Of a stretch of DNA of 64,000 bases, positions 1 through 17,256 are shown in pieces. Numbering within the stretch: the stretch's first letter is position 1; each line of letters begins with the position of its first letter. The notes beneath the pieces were generated by a model that searched no databases, was not told where the DNA came from, and worked only from the letters and a program-made list of their open reading frames with translations. The stretch is taken from assembly GCA_950097015.1 (NCBI GenBank), contig CATNEN010000039.1, positions 20,770,001 to 20,834,000 on the forward strand, given 5' to 3'. Source of the stretch: Macrostomum hystrix. Taxonomy: Eukaryota > Animalia > Platyhelminthes. Made by a program: the position numbers and the translations under genes.

Positions 1-68
1 TCGAGCGGAATCGAGTTTAGAAACCTTGGTGCGAGAGGCAAACGCGTTAAGCGCTGTCACTTTACCCC
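1..68 (-). mobile_element. SINE family A, tRNA-like head (body outside the window)
   Basis: ggaatcgag...accttggtgcgagaggcaaacgcgttaagcgctgtcac matches the head of the copy at 44635-44697. Confidence 0.75.
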
Positions 69-234
69 TTCGTATCTGGCGAATTCGGCAAATTTAAATT
101 GACAATGGCAACCTCAGGAGTTCTGGAGAACTTAGGATCAAGTAGTGGGGATCTGGGCCGGTAACCTAAGGATTTTGGGAGGACTTAGCACCAATCCATG
201 GGGGATTTGAGAGAGTGCATGGACTGTGACCAAC

Positions 235-1625
235 CTGAGCAGGCCGCTACGATGATCGCCGGGAAAATATTCGATACCCAAGTTGCCGTCCGCCAGCCGC
301 TTGGGAGGCTCAGGCGCTCCAGCTTCGGAGAGCATACTGCGCAGCAACTCCTCTGAGCCTTGCGACGGATGCCCCCAGAAGTACACCGTTCGGGAGGGCT
401 TAACAGGCGGCGTCTTCCTGGCCACCTTGTCTGACAAGAACCGATTCAAAGTTCGAAAGCCGGCCGAATTCGATGCGTAATTCACCATGGCCTGGGTGCC
501 GTCGGAGAGTTGCGTCACCTCGCGGACAGGTCGCAGGCTGGTCTGGTGTGACAGGCTCACTGACAAACGGCCGCCAAGCAGGCATTCATTGTTGAGAAAA
601 GTGACGCAACGCATCGCCGACTGTGGATCCAGCATCTCAGCCATCGCTTGTCCCCGCTTGCCGGCGAAAAATCTGACAACTTTAACATTGCCGTACAGGC
701 AGAGCAAATTGAACAAGCGATCGCAATTAAAGTTATCAGGCAAGCCGGTGATGTACAACAGACAGCCGGGGGATGTCGGGTTGACGGGCAGGGTGGCCTC
801 CTGAGACCGAGCCTGGTGCTGATAAGCTCGAGCATTCAAATCTCGATGCTCTCGCTCCTGCGGATAAGCTCGAGGTTCTCGCTCCTGGAAACGCTGCTGA
901 GAGTCCAACCGATGCGGCAATTCTTGGCGGACGTTTCCACCGCCACCGACTGGTTCAAGCAATGATCCTCCGCCGCCTACTCCGCCCTGACGCCACTCCT
1001 CTATCAGGCTGCTGCCCTCCCTGATCAGCATGTCCTGCACTCTTCTAGAAGCGAATTCGCACAGCAGAGTATTACAATCGGGATAAATATCAGCCCCATT
1101 AATATTTCTCTTAGTCCGCACGGCCTCTTCAAGGCTGGCGAATTCCAGCACAACCTGCAGATTGCGTCCGCGTAGCACGGCCACACGGACCAGTCGGCCA
1201 AATTGGGAGCCAACGCGTTTGAAAATATCGCAAGCCAGTTCGCCGCTTGAACGGAACACAGTTAACAGCAGGGTACTGCTAGGCGAGGCGCTGGCATATT
1301 CGCTCGAATAAATCAGCTCGCCAGGTCGAGAATAGCTTAGCGACACGGGCATGTCCCGAATGCGAGCAGGCCAACCAGATAGATAATTCTCTACTAGAGC
1401 TTTAGCATCTCGAAGCTGCTCAAATTCTACTAGAGCCTGGCCATTTGGCGGCAGCATTGCGACTGACAGTACAGAGCCGTACTGCCTCATATCGTCTAGT
1501 ATGTCCTGCTCAGTTGTGTTAGCTTTTAAATCGCTGACTAGCACAACACTGGACGGTTGAACAAGGCCAGCTGCAGTGGAAGGCGCCATGTCGCCAATTC
1601 GGGCCCGCTTTTGTTGAGAATGCAT
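235..1625 (-). CDS. hnRNP L/PTB-family RRM protein, paralog A (last exon probably outside the window)
   Basis: RRM motifs typical of hnRNP L/PTB: QALVEF, LLLTVF, INGADIYPDCNTL, NCDRLFNLLCLYGNV, GQAMAEM. First true ATG at 1625. Similarity to paralog B stops at SGLLR, where a CAG|GTTGGT donor lies (exon end 235), so ORF residues after that are probably intron read-through. Confidence 0.85.
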
Positions 1626-2011
1626 AGCGCAATTAGCAAGCACTTAAAAAAATCAAAATAGCAGATACGTCTTCCAGATTTTCTTGCAAATTCTGAGCAA
1701 AGCCTTTTGATCTACAACCGGTTGACTTTTTTGTAAAATTGCTGCAATTGATTCAAAGCGATTTGCTACTGTTGTAATTTACAGCGGGGTTTAATAGCCA
1801 TAAGGAACAGTATTCGTTTAAAAGCGAACTTCTTCTAAAAGCTGAAGCTGAAACGCCTATTAAAACTATTTAATAGTTAAAGCGAGAATATAAATTTTAC
1901 GGGATTGAGTTATTGGGATGTTGACGTTTTAGGAAGACTAAACATTCTAGTTAAAGGTTGGCAATGGGAAAGTTTTGTATAATCTATTTTTTGTGAGAAT
2001 TAGACAGATAA

Positions 2012-2165
2012 AGCCTAGCGGTGAGTGCAATGGGCATAGGTCGGGAGTTCGAATCTTAACTTAAAGTAGACAATTACCCAGCTGTAAAATGGGTGCCAGT
2101 ATAATTAATCAGGTGTGGAAATCAGGGTGGTTGTGGGCCTCCCCAGTCCACGGACTGAACTGCTG
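2012..2165 (+). mobile_element. SINE family B (CORE-like), degenerate copy
   Basis: B box gttcgaatc; the segments acccagctgtaaaatgggt and ccccagtccacggactgaac are shared with the copy at 58279-58580. Confidence 0.65.
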
Positions 2166-3609
2166 CTATGCCACTGTCTGTAAATCTAGCTTAACTGAGC
2201 TGGTGTAATTTTCATCAATCTTTGGAAACTGCAAGGCCCTCTAAGTTGACCAGCGGGACGATTTGAAAGTTCTAAAGAAAAGCGTGGATGAGAGTAGCAG
2301 AGTACAGCGATCAAGAAAGCAAGCCAACACAATAACTAACTTTGCACAGCGCTTGTCGAATAGCTTAAAAGGATCGTGACAAGTTTATTTGAGCATTCTA
2401 GCCAATAGGTTGTCCGTTGTTAGCCATCAGTAATTGGTAGCCAAGTTAATTTCATAAAACAATGAACAAGCGGTAAGCGAACTTTCAGTTGATTAAATTG
2501 TATCAAACTGTAACCGTAGATACAAAGCATAGAGTAGCAAACACTTAAAAAAAGAAAACAAGCAGCAACAATTGATGCATGAACAGCCAGGCAATACCGT
2601 TCGTTTAGTTTGTCCCATGACTCATTAATAAGTCTAGCTTCTTTTGAAGTATCTAATGATTCGACAATAAAGCTGGCAGTCGAACTTCCCGCAACACAAA
2701 TACTTCTTCCTGATTTTGATCTGCCTAACATTTAATGTTTTCTGTGTTACCAAATGAGAAAGTTATTTAAGAAAAGAACAATTAATTTCTCGTATATGTT
2801 ATCAGCACAACAAGCATGGGCGAAATCAAGCGACGTCAGAGATAATAGAGAACACGACACCCATACGGGTATTGCTGTTCCCGTATTGCAGTGCTTTTAC
2901 TTTCACTGCCGATTTTTATTTTGAATGTAGAAAGAAAATTAAACGTAACACGATGTGGCAAAAATAGTTGCTATGCAAACTTGATTTAAACTTTTCCCCA
3001 AAGACGAAATTTAAAACATAAAGAAAGTGCGATTCTTTAGATCTCCTTGTTGAATAAACCTACAGCGCAATAGACACACCGGAATAATAATAGCATTTAG
3101 AGGCTGAAATAGCCATGCATGTAATTGAATGATTTTAATAGTTGCATAGGATATTACGTATGTCTTTTGAATAAACCACAGAACTGAACAAAATGTTAGA
3201 TTAAGGAATTAGAAGGGTCAAAATTGAATAGGACGCAACAAGCTAAACTACGAAGCGAATGTGAGCGTTAAACTAGAGGAAAACGAACACGGACTTTAAG
3301 CATGACAACAGTTTGGTAGTATAAATGTGTAAGTAATTAGGTGAATATAATAATTGATTAGCTGGCTTACAAAGAATGATGCCAATTAGGGATCTAAATT
3401 ATAGGACCGGAGCTTTAGGTCGTATGTTACTAAAGAAGACAACACAACATGAACAATCTTACACTAAAACCTTAGCCTTCAAAGAGATTTTTAAAAACTG
3501 CTTTGACATTGAGTTAATTTTTAAACTGACTCAGAGACGACGAAAAATTAAAGTCACAACAATGCATATGCGTGAAGTTGCCATAATCAGTTCGGGATGA
3601 GCAGTCGGG

Positions 3610-5271
3610 TTATTCGTCGATGTGCATTCGCTTAGCGCCGCGCTGAGCTGAAGAAGCGCCGTCCTTGCTTAGAGAGAACGACATCCGGATTAGCCAGGCC
3701 CGGTCGCTAAGCTGCAGCTCGCTGTGATTGGCCATGCAGATGGCGTCAAGAGCATCTCGTGGATTGGAGAAGAACAAGAAGCCGCTCTTATTTTCGCTAT
3801 TAAGAAACTGGATTCTCTCCGGCTGGGGAGCCTCTGCAGATTCCAGCATGCGGGCAATGTCCTGCTCTGTGGCCTCGGGCTGGGAGCCCCAAAAGTATAC
3901 AACTGAGGACGGCTCGATTGGTTTGTTCTTCTTAACCATGTCCGGTGTCATAAAACGATTGCGACAGTTGCGACCGGAGATATCAAAATCCTTCACCGAC
4001 GGAGTGCCGTCTGGCAGCGGCTGAGCGTCGCGAACGTCTTTAAGCAGACGCTGACGAGAGTAGTCAACGATGAGACGCTTGCCAAGCAGCTGGCAATTGT
4101 GTAGGTATTGAACACATGCGTCAGCTGACCTTGTGTCCAGCATCTCGGCCATAGCCTGACCTTTAGTGCTAGAAAAGAATTTTATGCGACGAACATTGCC
4201 GTACAGGCAGAGCACATTGAACAGGCGATCGCAGTTAAGCCGCTCGCTTAGGCCGGACAGGAACAGGATGTTGTTGCTGCGCTGATTCGTGACAGCGGTG
4301 GCGCCGGCTGCAGCTACGCCACCCTGCTGCAGCTGATCTGGCAGAATGCCAGTCAGTGGTGCCAGACGTTCAATTATACCTTGAGCGTCTAAACCGGGCA
4401 CATTCAACGCTGTTAGCTGCGAAGCCAGACCTAGCAGGCCAGATACGACAGCGGCTGTGGCGCCCGGAGCTGCCGAAGGAACGGCGGCTGGTGCCATTTG
4501 AGCCATCGAAGATGTGTCGCGTCGGTTTAATAGTCCGCTAACAGGCGGTGGACCATCGAACAGAGCCACGCGACGCGGATCCATAGACAGCTGTTGCTGC
4601 TGCTGGCCACGGGCAGCCGGGATAGCTGGGGTAGTCTGACGGCCCGACATCCATTCGTCGATGACATTGCGCGTGTCGCGCACTATATATTTGAACACCT
4701 CAGCGTTGACATATTCGCAGCGCAGCGTATTGCAATTAGCGTAGATATCAGCGCCGTTCAGCTGAGGCTTAGCCTTGGCACCCTCTTCAACGCTAGAAAA
4801 CTCCACGATGGCCTGCGAATCCATGACATTTCTAGTCAAAGTGATTCGCTCTACCTGGCCAAATGGCGAACAGATCTTCTTGAAAGTTTCGATGTCAACA
4901 TCCACGCGAATGTTAAACAGCGTAAACAGCAGCAGGTTGCTGGGCCCGTGAGCCAGGTATTCTTTCTTGGGCTCAGTGATCTGGGCCTGCTTTGAGAAAC
5001 TCAGCAACACTGGCATGTCACGCACTATGATGGCCTCGCCTTCGTTCTGTCGGCGGATGAGATCCTCGGCCTCAAGCAGAGTGGCAAATTCAACCAGAGC
5101 CTGGCGACGCTGGGCCATGAGGAACACCTGCGTGACGCGGCCGTAGTTTTCGAAGGCGCGATGCAGCTCATATTCGCTAGTATTTGACTGAATGTCGCGC
5201 ACAAATAGTACTCGTGACGGATCGGCTCCAGGCGAAACGCCGCGCTTGACTCGCTTAACATCTGAGGACAT
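3610..5271 (-). CDS. hnRNP L/PTB-family 4-RRM protein, paralog B (553 aa, single coding exon)
   Basis: Complete ORF with four RRMs: RQALVEF, LNGADIYANCNTLRCEY, NCDRLFNVLCLYGNVRRIKF, SGFLFFSNPRDALDAICMANH. Q/A-rich linker between RRM2 and RRM3. Confidence 0.92.
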   Translation of the reverse strand: MSSDVKRVKRGVSPGADPSRVLFVRDIQSNTSEYELHRAFENYGRVTQVFLMAQRRQALVEFATLLEAEDLIRRQNEGEAIIVRDMPVLLSFSKQAQITEPKKEYLAHGPSNLLLFTLFNIRVDVDIETFKKICSPFGQVERITLTRNVMDSQAIVEFSSVEEGAKAKPQLNGADIYANCNTLRCEYVNAEVFKYIVRDTRNVIDEWMSGRQTTPAIPAARGQQQQQLSMDPRRVALFDGPPPVSGLLNRRDTSSMAQMAPAAVPSAAPGATAAVVSGLLGLASQLTALNVPGLDAQGIIERLAPLTGILPDQLQQGGVAAAGATAVTNQRSNNILFLSGLSERLNCDRLFNVLCLYGNVRRIKFFSSTKGQAMAEMLDTRSADACVQYLHNCQLLGKRLIVDYSRQRLLKDVRDAQPLPDGTPSVKDFDISGRNCRNRFMTPDMVKKNKPIEPSSVVYFWGSQPEATEQDIARMLESAEAPQPERIQFLNSENKSGFLFFSNPRDALDAICMANHSELQLSDRAWLIRMSFSLSKDGASSAQRGAKRMHIDE

Positions 5272-6949
5272 TGTGTTGCTAGGAGTGCTTATGCTAACTT
5301 TTAACTAAAAATTCTTAATATACTAAGCCAATCAGTTTTTCTTGATTCAATCGTCTGATCGACTTGCTGAGATGAGGAAAGTTGTGAATCGAGTGATGCA
5401 AAAAACGTGAATAGATAGATTACGCGCAGATTATGAATGTTGTCAGGTCAGGTGTCAAGTAGTGAAAGTCCAGGTCAGGCGGTTGAATCAGTAAAAGTAG
5501 AAATTCACAGGTTTTCAGCACTCGGATGCGCTTGCAAGGGTGATAAATGTCAAGTTCGATTTTTCAGGGACCAGGAGCTCCAGTTGATGTTTAAGAGAAT
5601 GATGAAAGGTTCTGAAATGGAAGAGTTGGCGAACACACAAGGGGGTAGATAACAAAGGCATGAGCTTGGTGGTTACAGATGCATTGAATAGTTAATAAGG
5701 CATTGGGCACATCAAAGAGTGAATTTTTTACAAGAAATATTGCTTGACGAAATATAACACTTGTTTGAAACAAAATCTTGAAATCTTGAATGGACAAGTA
5801 GTTTAGAAGTTTGATAAATTTTTGTGATTTGAGATAAAAGGTAGATGTAAAATTTTATTTCCTTGGTTCCTATTTTAAACTTCTTACTAATTTGCTAATG
5901 GCTAATTAGGGCAAATTTAACAAAAAAAATTATAGAAATTTCATAGACTTAACATGTAACATCTGCTTCCTTAAGCTGTATCTATAGTCTTCTAGACCAT
6001 GCTGGCTATGACAGGAATTTAGTAAAAATTCTTACTTTTTGGCTGAATTGTGTTCAATAAAAATTTTCTCAAGACATTAGACAAATTTGCCCAATGAAAA
6101 AATGACCTGAATGCTATACAACAAATTAAATCTAGAAGCTTCATTTGTGATTTTAAAAAAGCACAATGACCAATTATAAATATTTTTTTGTTTGCACAAA
6201 AAATTGTTTCAAATTTTTACAAACTACAGTATTTCAAGACTTTACATTACATAAGTGGTAGGCCTAGTCAATATATAATTTGTATTTAGCTACTAATTTT
6301 TGCAATTTTTCACTTTCAACAGACTTACTTAATGTCACTAATAAACATGTAATCCCAACTATGGCAGGTTTATTTTGGCTTCCAAATTTTGTTCAAAATT
6401 GTAGACAAACAGAATACATAGGTGTTAAACCAATTGAAGTTTTCTGTAACATTTGCTAGCCTTAGCTGATGTTTCATTTAAATTGTAAACTATTGCATTA
6501 TGCTACAATCCTCTTACCAAAGGGAAATCCTACCCCTTAGTAATTGTATTATAAAAAATACAAAAGTGAGCAATGTTAAATATCTCTAAAATATCTAAAA
6601 TAAGTCCAAAATAGCCAACAAAGTATGTAATTATAGTATATATATACTATGTCTATTGCCAAAACAAATTCTAATAAGCCTTCTAATTGACTTAAATTAA
6701 GTCAAATTTAAGTTTTATTACTACAATTAAACTTGGGCGTAGAGGACATAGCAACAATGCTAAAGACATAAACATTTATATTAATATATATTTAGAAACA
6801 AGTATTATATACTTTATATTGAGTCATGGCAAACATATGGCCATAGGCATAAGACATTTTTGGTGGCCATTTTTGGAATTTTGGCCTAAGTGACAAGGGC
6901 ATGGTATTTATAGCTGGGCTAGGCCAAATTTTTTCTGTATGTATAGGTA

Positions 6950-9496
6950 CCCACTGGAAAATGTACTAGGGGACCCTTAGGGGAACTGAAGGGGCATCGG
7001 GGTTTGGTTGGGGCGAGCTTGAAAGGCAAAGATTGTTTATTTTTTGCATAAAAGTAAATTCCTTGAGGCATATTTCAACTTTTCTACTTTTTAAAGTGTT
7101 TAAGCATATTTGGGTCAGAGGGGGTTTTGATGGGGTTTTCCCCTATGAACTCAGCTTTTGGGGCTGTCCCCTAAAAGCCCCTTAGCCTTTAATCGTTATA
7201 ACAAAGTTTGAAAGTTTTTTTGAGTTTGAATATTTCAAGCGAGTTGCCTAAAAAATGCTTGTTTATTTTACTTTTTATTGTTTCAAAAATGAATAATTTG
7301 TATATTGCAAGATTTTTATTTTAAATGTAGTTAACCCTGCACGTAGCGTCTAGATTTTATCTAACAAAACACGAAAGTTATCTTTTTATCGCAGAACTTT
7401 TAATTTAATGATATGTAGCTATCTGTCTGTATGATATCGATTCTTGTACGAGAGACAGAGTCAGGGCACTCTGAAATAAAAAAGGATGTGTAAAGCCCAG
7501 AGATAGGCTAGCCTAAATATAAGTTTATTAATCAGGTATTGCCATTTAGACTGGCTAACAAGCATTCATTCGATCATATATAGGCCCTATATTGGGTCAA
7601 TTTAAGTAGACCTAGTCCTGAACAATGCTCTTCAATATAACTGAGGCAGTAATTGTTTGATTACATTTTTTGTTATATGCCTGTGCCTAGGTAGGCCTAC
7701 TTTACCTATTATTGTCTATAGTAGTTAGCATGGCTAGGCCCTAGCAAGGTCATATTACATTAACTTCCATACCATAGTTGTAAGACTTTTAGAATTTGTT
7801 ATTTGACCTTTATCAATACCAAATGTGGAGCTTGTTGTTAGCTAACATATTTATGTCTGTTTGTTTAGACTATTGGGCATATTGATATAAGTAGCTAGAA
7901 CTTATGTTTAAGATTCTATTTGAAGAATAATCTTATTTAGTCCTAAATGTTTTTTATATATTCTTAAAGTAATAATGCTAAGAGTAAGACTTATTAAAAA
8001 ATGTTTTGCTGTCTCTAGAATAAGCATAGGCAAGTTTAGTTAATATTCCTCAAACAAATTTTATAGGGCTTACCAATTTTTTAAACAATGAAATATATTA
8101 ATTATTTGTTTATATTCATTTAACTATGGTTTTATTCTCTAGGTAGATTGTTAAACTAGCAAAATTGCTTCTAAAAGTGTAGAAAAATTGGTCTTATGGA
8201 TATAATAGGCCTATCGAGATTTTATTTAGCAATTTCTTTTTACAGTTTTACTTTTAGCAATTAATACAAAAATGTTTAAAGTATAATTCTAATTTCATAC
8301 CTTTTAATTTAGATGAGTATGAGGGTTACATTTAATTTTATACTTAGCTAGGCCTATGATAGCTTGATTTAACATAATTATATATTTTACATTGCATTAT
8401 AATTATTGCATTTTATATATTAGGCACTAGTGCAACTAGAAGAGGGGATAGCTGAGAGAATTCAATCGAAAAGGTAGCGATGGAAAAAAGAAATTTTCGG
8501 GCCCGTTAGAAGACATTGTAACTGCAGCGGTGCGAAAAAACTTCCCCTCTGCAACGGACCGCGAAATTACTGACTGCATAGCAAAGACTCTGCATAATTC
8601 TCGTGACCGCGGTTCTGATTCCAGACGAATTGTCCTATCATCAAAGGGCAGGATATTATGCTGGCACTGCTTCCGTTGCTGCAACGCCTTCCGAGGCGGA
8701 TCATTCTGGTCCTTCTGCAAAGCGCCGCAGGGCACGTTCGGCTGCAGGTGGTCAACACAAACAAGGCAGACATGTGGCGATTGTTAGCAATAGCGACAGT
8801 GAAAACTAATTTACCGACGATGAAGTCCATACACTCTGCTTTTGCGACTTTTTCAAAAACGTTATCACTGTGAAGGGGAATTTTTATATTTAATTTTTTT
8901 ATTCAAATGTGAGTCATTTTGTCAAACCGGAGAAATTGTGTTTAAATTCAGGGTAATTTTGGTCGAATCTGGGGTAATGTTGGTCAAACCTGATTTATTT
9001 TGTTCAGATTCAAGGGTAATGTTGGTCAAACCTGATTTATTTTGTTCAAATAATGGGGTAATTTTGATCAAATGCGGTTTGTTTTGGTCAAACTAAAGTT
9101 TAATTCAATTCCATCAATGAAAATATACTCGTAAAATTTAATCGGTCGTATTTATTTAAAGACACTTCGGAAAAGGAAAAATATAAATGCAATGAAGTCT
9201 CGAAATGTGCAGCTTTGACTTTGACTGCTTCATTTGACTGCTGATTAGAAATCATTCTCTAACTTCTAATTTCTAAAATCTTCCACTGATACAGAGTACA
9301 AATATATTGCAAAAATCTGCTAGGGGTTAGCCCCTATAAGCTACATTTTACTAGGGTCTGAGAAGGGGATTACCCTTAACCAACCCCTAGTTGCCCCTAG
9401 GGGTCCCCTGCCGAACCTGCTCTCATTCCCCTAGTCATCCCCTATCGTTCCCCGAGGTGTAACCCCGAGGGGTCCCCTAGTGTTTTTGCCAGTGGG
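6950..9496. mobile_element. Non-autonomous CACTA/EnSpm-like DNA transposon (~2.5 kb)
   Basis: Imperfect ~34-bp TIRs (CCCACTGGAAAATGTACTAGGGGACCC; right end reverse-complement CCCACTGGCAAAAACACTAGGGGACCC). TA on both flanks (6948-49, 9497-98). Multiple TAGGGG/CCCCTA subterminal repeats at both ends. Superfamily assignment is inferred from the CCCA termini and 2-bp TSD. Confidence 0.8.
8424..8630 (+). pseudogene. DUF4806/BEN-like domain remnant inside the transposon
   Basis: Frame reads FNRKGSDGKKKFSGPLEDIVTAAVRKNFPSATDREITDCIAKTLHNSRDRG, resembling the DUF4806 pattern (G..gK..F...I..AV...fp.at..ei...i...l....dR). Upstream ALVQLEEGIAER is in another frame, implying a frameshift. Confidence 0.55.
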
Positions 9497-11242
9497 TATA
9501 TATATTCTAGAATGTCAAACATCAATATGGGCTTCCAATGTTCCCTTGATAAATTGCAACATAAGCTTATTACAATGTGCCCTAAAAGACCCAGGCAAGG
9601 CTGCAAGGGGCCTAAAGATATAATTTTATTTAAAAAACTGAAAACCAGTACTCAAAACTTTAAAAAAAGCAAAAAAATATATCAGAGTTAAATAATAATT
9701 AGTCCAAAATATTCTTTACTAGGCCTAGTAATACTCTAGTCTTACATAATTATAGCCAAAAGATGCTTTATAGCCCATACACTAGGCATAAGGCAGCTAG
9801 GGCTTTTAAACTAGGCCCTAGCTTTAGTTTAAAGAGATACATTTAAGAGATAGCCATACAGCTGATTAAGCTGGGCTGATATATAGAGAAAACTATTTTA
9901 TCAGGCGAAAAAACCATGTATCAGATTTTAATTTTTGGTGTTGACTTGTGAAATGTTGCTATCGGGTAGAGGTATGGTTGTATTGTATAAGCCTTATAAG
10001 TTAACTCAAATCTGTGTATAAGTTAGTTTGCTTGCGGCTTATATAGTATAGTATAGCCATTTCGTACTAATATTTGTTAACTGATTTAACGTTGCTATTG
10101 TGACACTGAGCAGTGATCACCTGATAATTGTAATTGGTTGGACTAGGCTATTCCAGAGCACCTAACGTTAGGGCCTAATGAAACGACGTTCGCAACATAA
10201 CGTTTACAATGAAAATGAATGAATATAATATGCGTTGTTTAGTCTCTTGAATTTCTTCTTACAATTTGCTCAAACGAACTATCGCCCATCAAAACAAATA
10301 AAAAGCAAGAACTTTCGCTTTTTGCAAAATTGCGAGGTAATTATGACTGCAATATGTTATTTAAATTTTAATTAAAAAACCATGTTTATATGTATCTTAA
10401 AAACTTGCAAACTAGAAAGTTCCTTGAGCATCGCTAAGTGACGCGTTTCCTACTTGGGAATCATGGTCATTTTCCAACTCTAACTCCTATAAAAACTACT
10501 AAAGTAGTTAGGATTTAGGAATTATTTTATGTAAAACTGTTTTGTAAAAATTTGATTTGTAAAACATCGTATAATGTTTAGATAGAATATTGCTTGCATT
10601 CTAGGTCACGTGTCTAGACAATAATATATGGTAATAAGTATTCTACTATATTTTTGTAATTCCATATTGTCATATTGTCACCAAGAACTCAAAATAAATT
10701 AATTTAGTGGTTTAAGTCTAAAACTATGAGTCGAGCTAGAGCTTACAGTAAGTGTTTATTTACATTTATGATTGTGTCGAATTATACCTTTTTTGTAACA
10801 TTGCTTTACTGGACGTACTCAGGGGTCACTTATCTGATATACACAGCAAAGGTAAAGAAATAATCAGTATATATTATTGGACCAAAAAATGCCCACAAAA
10901 AAATAATTTAGATCTCTTTACAATTAGCATATATTGCTATATGGTACACGCGAAGATAAATTTGAACAGGTGAGGTGAATTGAAATTAAGAAACTACAAT
11001 CTATGATCTCAATCAGTGTTGTAAATTAAAACTGCACGTGAACGTGAAATCATCCTGTACGCGTTGTTAGTGTATAAGGGAAATGTGGCATCAGCTGTTT
11101 CATTTATTTGGATGAGTTTTTGTGGCCCGCAGATTACAGATTACATGATTTATTTGTGTACTTTTCAGACATAACATTTTAATTGTAATTGTAGCGTAGC
11201 GATAATAGTGCATGGTGCATCCTCTGCAGTCTTATTCTCAAA

Positions 11243-15834
<4,592 letters not shown>

Positions 15835-16270
15835 TCGTCGACTAAATCTGTAGATTTGAGGACGCTTCTGTGGGTTTAAGGACGTCTAATTTTTTGGACG
15901 TATGGGTGGGTGCAGACAATAAAAAACTGTCTTCCTGATTTCCGTTTTTATACTCGTACTATCTTCAGTTTCATTAGGAATTCTATTTTTATCTCTTATT
16001 GTTGACAGTGTCATTCTTAAAAGGTAGCATTGCGAAAGAGCTAAAAATACAAAAATGCGTCAAATGGCCGAGCGAAATGTTTGGGCGGGCGGCTGTTTAT
16101 ACATAGTAATTTATTCAACATTATTCAATCACGTGAAGAACAATAACTAGCCTAGGTAAAGCAATGTACGATGCTATGAACTCAGCTGACGGCATGACAA
16201 ATGGTAGGTTTGCTCAATTCGAAACTTCATTACAATGACTGCCGTTACAAAAGTAGTGCAATATCACCGA

Positions 16271-16697
16271 TTAGTCAGTGGGATTCCCTATTAAACAGTG
16301 GGATTCCCTATTAGACAGTGGGATTCCCTATTAGACAGTGGGATTCCCTATTAGACAGTGGGATTCCCTATTAGACAGTGGGATTCCCTATTAGACAGTG
16401 GGATTCCCTATTAGTCAGTGGGATTCCCTATTAGACAGTGGGATTCCCTATTAGTCAGTGGGATTCCCTATTAGTCAGTGGGATTCCCTATTAGACAGTG
16501 GGATTCCCTATTAGTCAGTGGGATTCCATATTAGACGGTGGGATCTTATGTTATACAGTGGGATCCCAAATTAGACCGTTGGATTCCCTATTAGACAGTG
16601 GGATTACCTATTAGACAGTGGGATTACCTATTAGTCAGTGGGATTCCCTATTAGACAGTGGGATTCGCAATTAGAAAGTGGGATCCCCTATTAGACA
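16271..16697. repeat. 20-bp minisatellite (TTAGACAGTGGGATTCCCTA)n
   Basis: About 21 units, 13 with an intact GGGATTCCC. Confidence 0.95.
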
Positions 16698-16719
16698 TTG
16701 ATCAGAAAAATGATGCCAA

Positions 16720-16925
16720 CGAGATATATTGGTGGATTTCGCCACCACGACGAGAGTCGTTGAATATCTCAACAATGCAGATGTATTGTGATTCTGGAAG
16801 TTGCTTCATCGGAAAGACCGGAGAGTTTTAGCCCGTGTTCTAGAGTTTAATAGCAATTGGTTGAATATTTGAGGAAATACAAAATAATAATGTGGCCATT
16901 TGAACTAACCCTGTGTTCTTTCTAC
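16720..16925. mobile_element. MITE-like family C, right-hand fragment
   Basis: Shares gacgagagtcgttgaatatctc...gtgattctggaagttg with 42570-42690 and the end atttgaa..accctgtgttctt with 58100-58135. Confidence 0.65.
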
Positions 16926-17256
16926 TCATATTCTACAAGTATTATAACGGTATATCGTGTGTAGAAAAAAATAGAAAAAAAAATTCTATTTTTAGCAACA
17001 AGATTCCGTTTGCTTACGCAAATCGCATGGCTTTGCCCTATAATACGAGTTAAAGGCAACTCAATAGATCGAAACTTAGAAAATAAACTGGAATCTGCAT
17101 GTTTCTGTACCCCATGAATTTACGAGTACTTTCATTTATTTCCTTACCAAAAATATGCCCTACGGTACTTTTGTTCAATTCTGCACCTCCATTTGAAAAA
17201 GTACATTTTCATATTCATAGTCTTAGCTAAGGTTTCAACTGAGCGTTTCCTGGACC

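Noticed and set aside
5970-9850. Possible outer TTAA-flanked element (ttaagctgtatct ... agatacatttaa) around the CACTA-like insertion
   Set aside because: The inverted match is too short and imperfect to support a call by eye.
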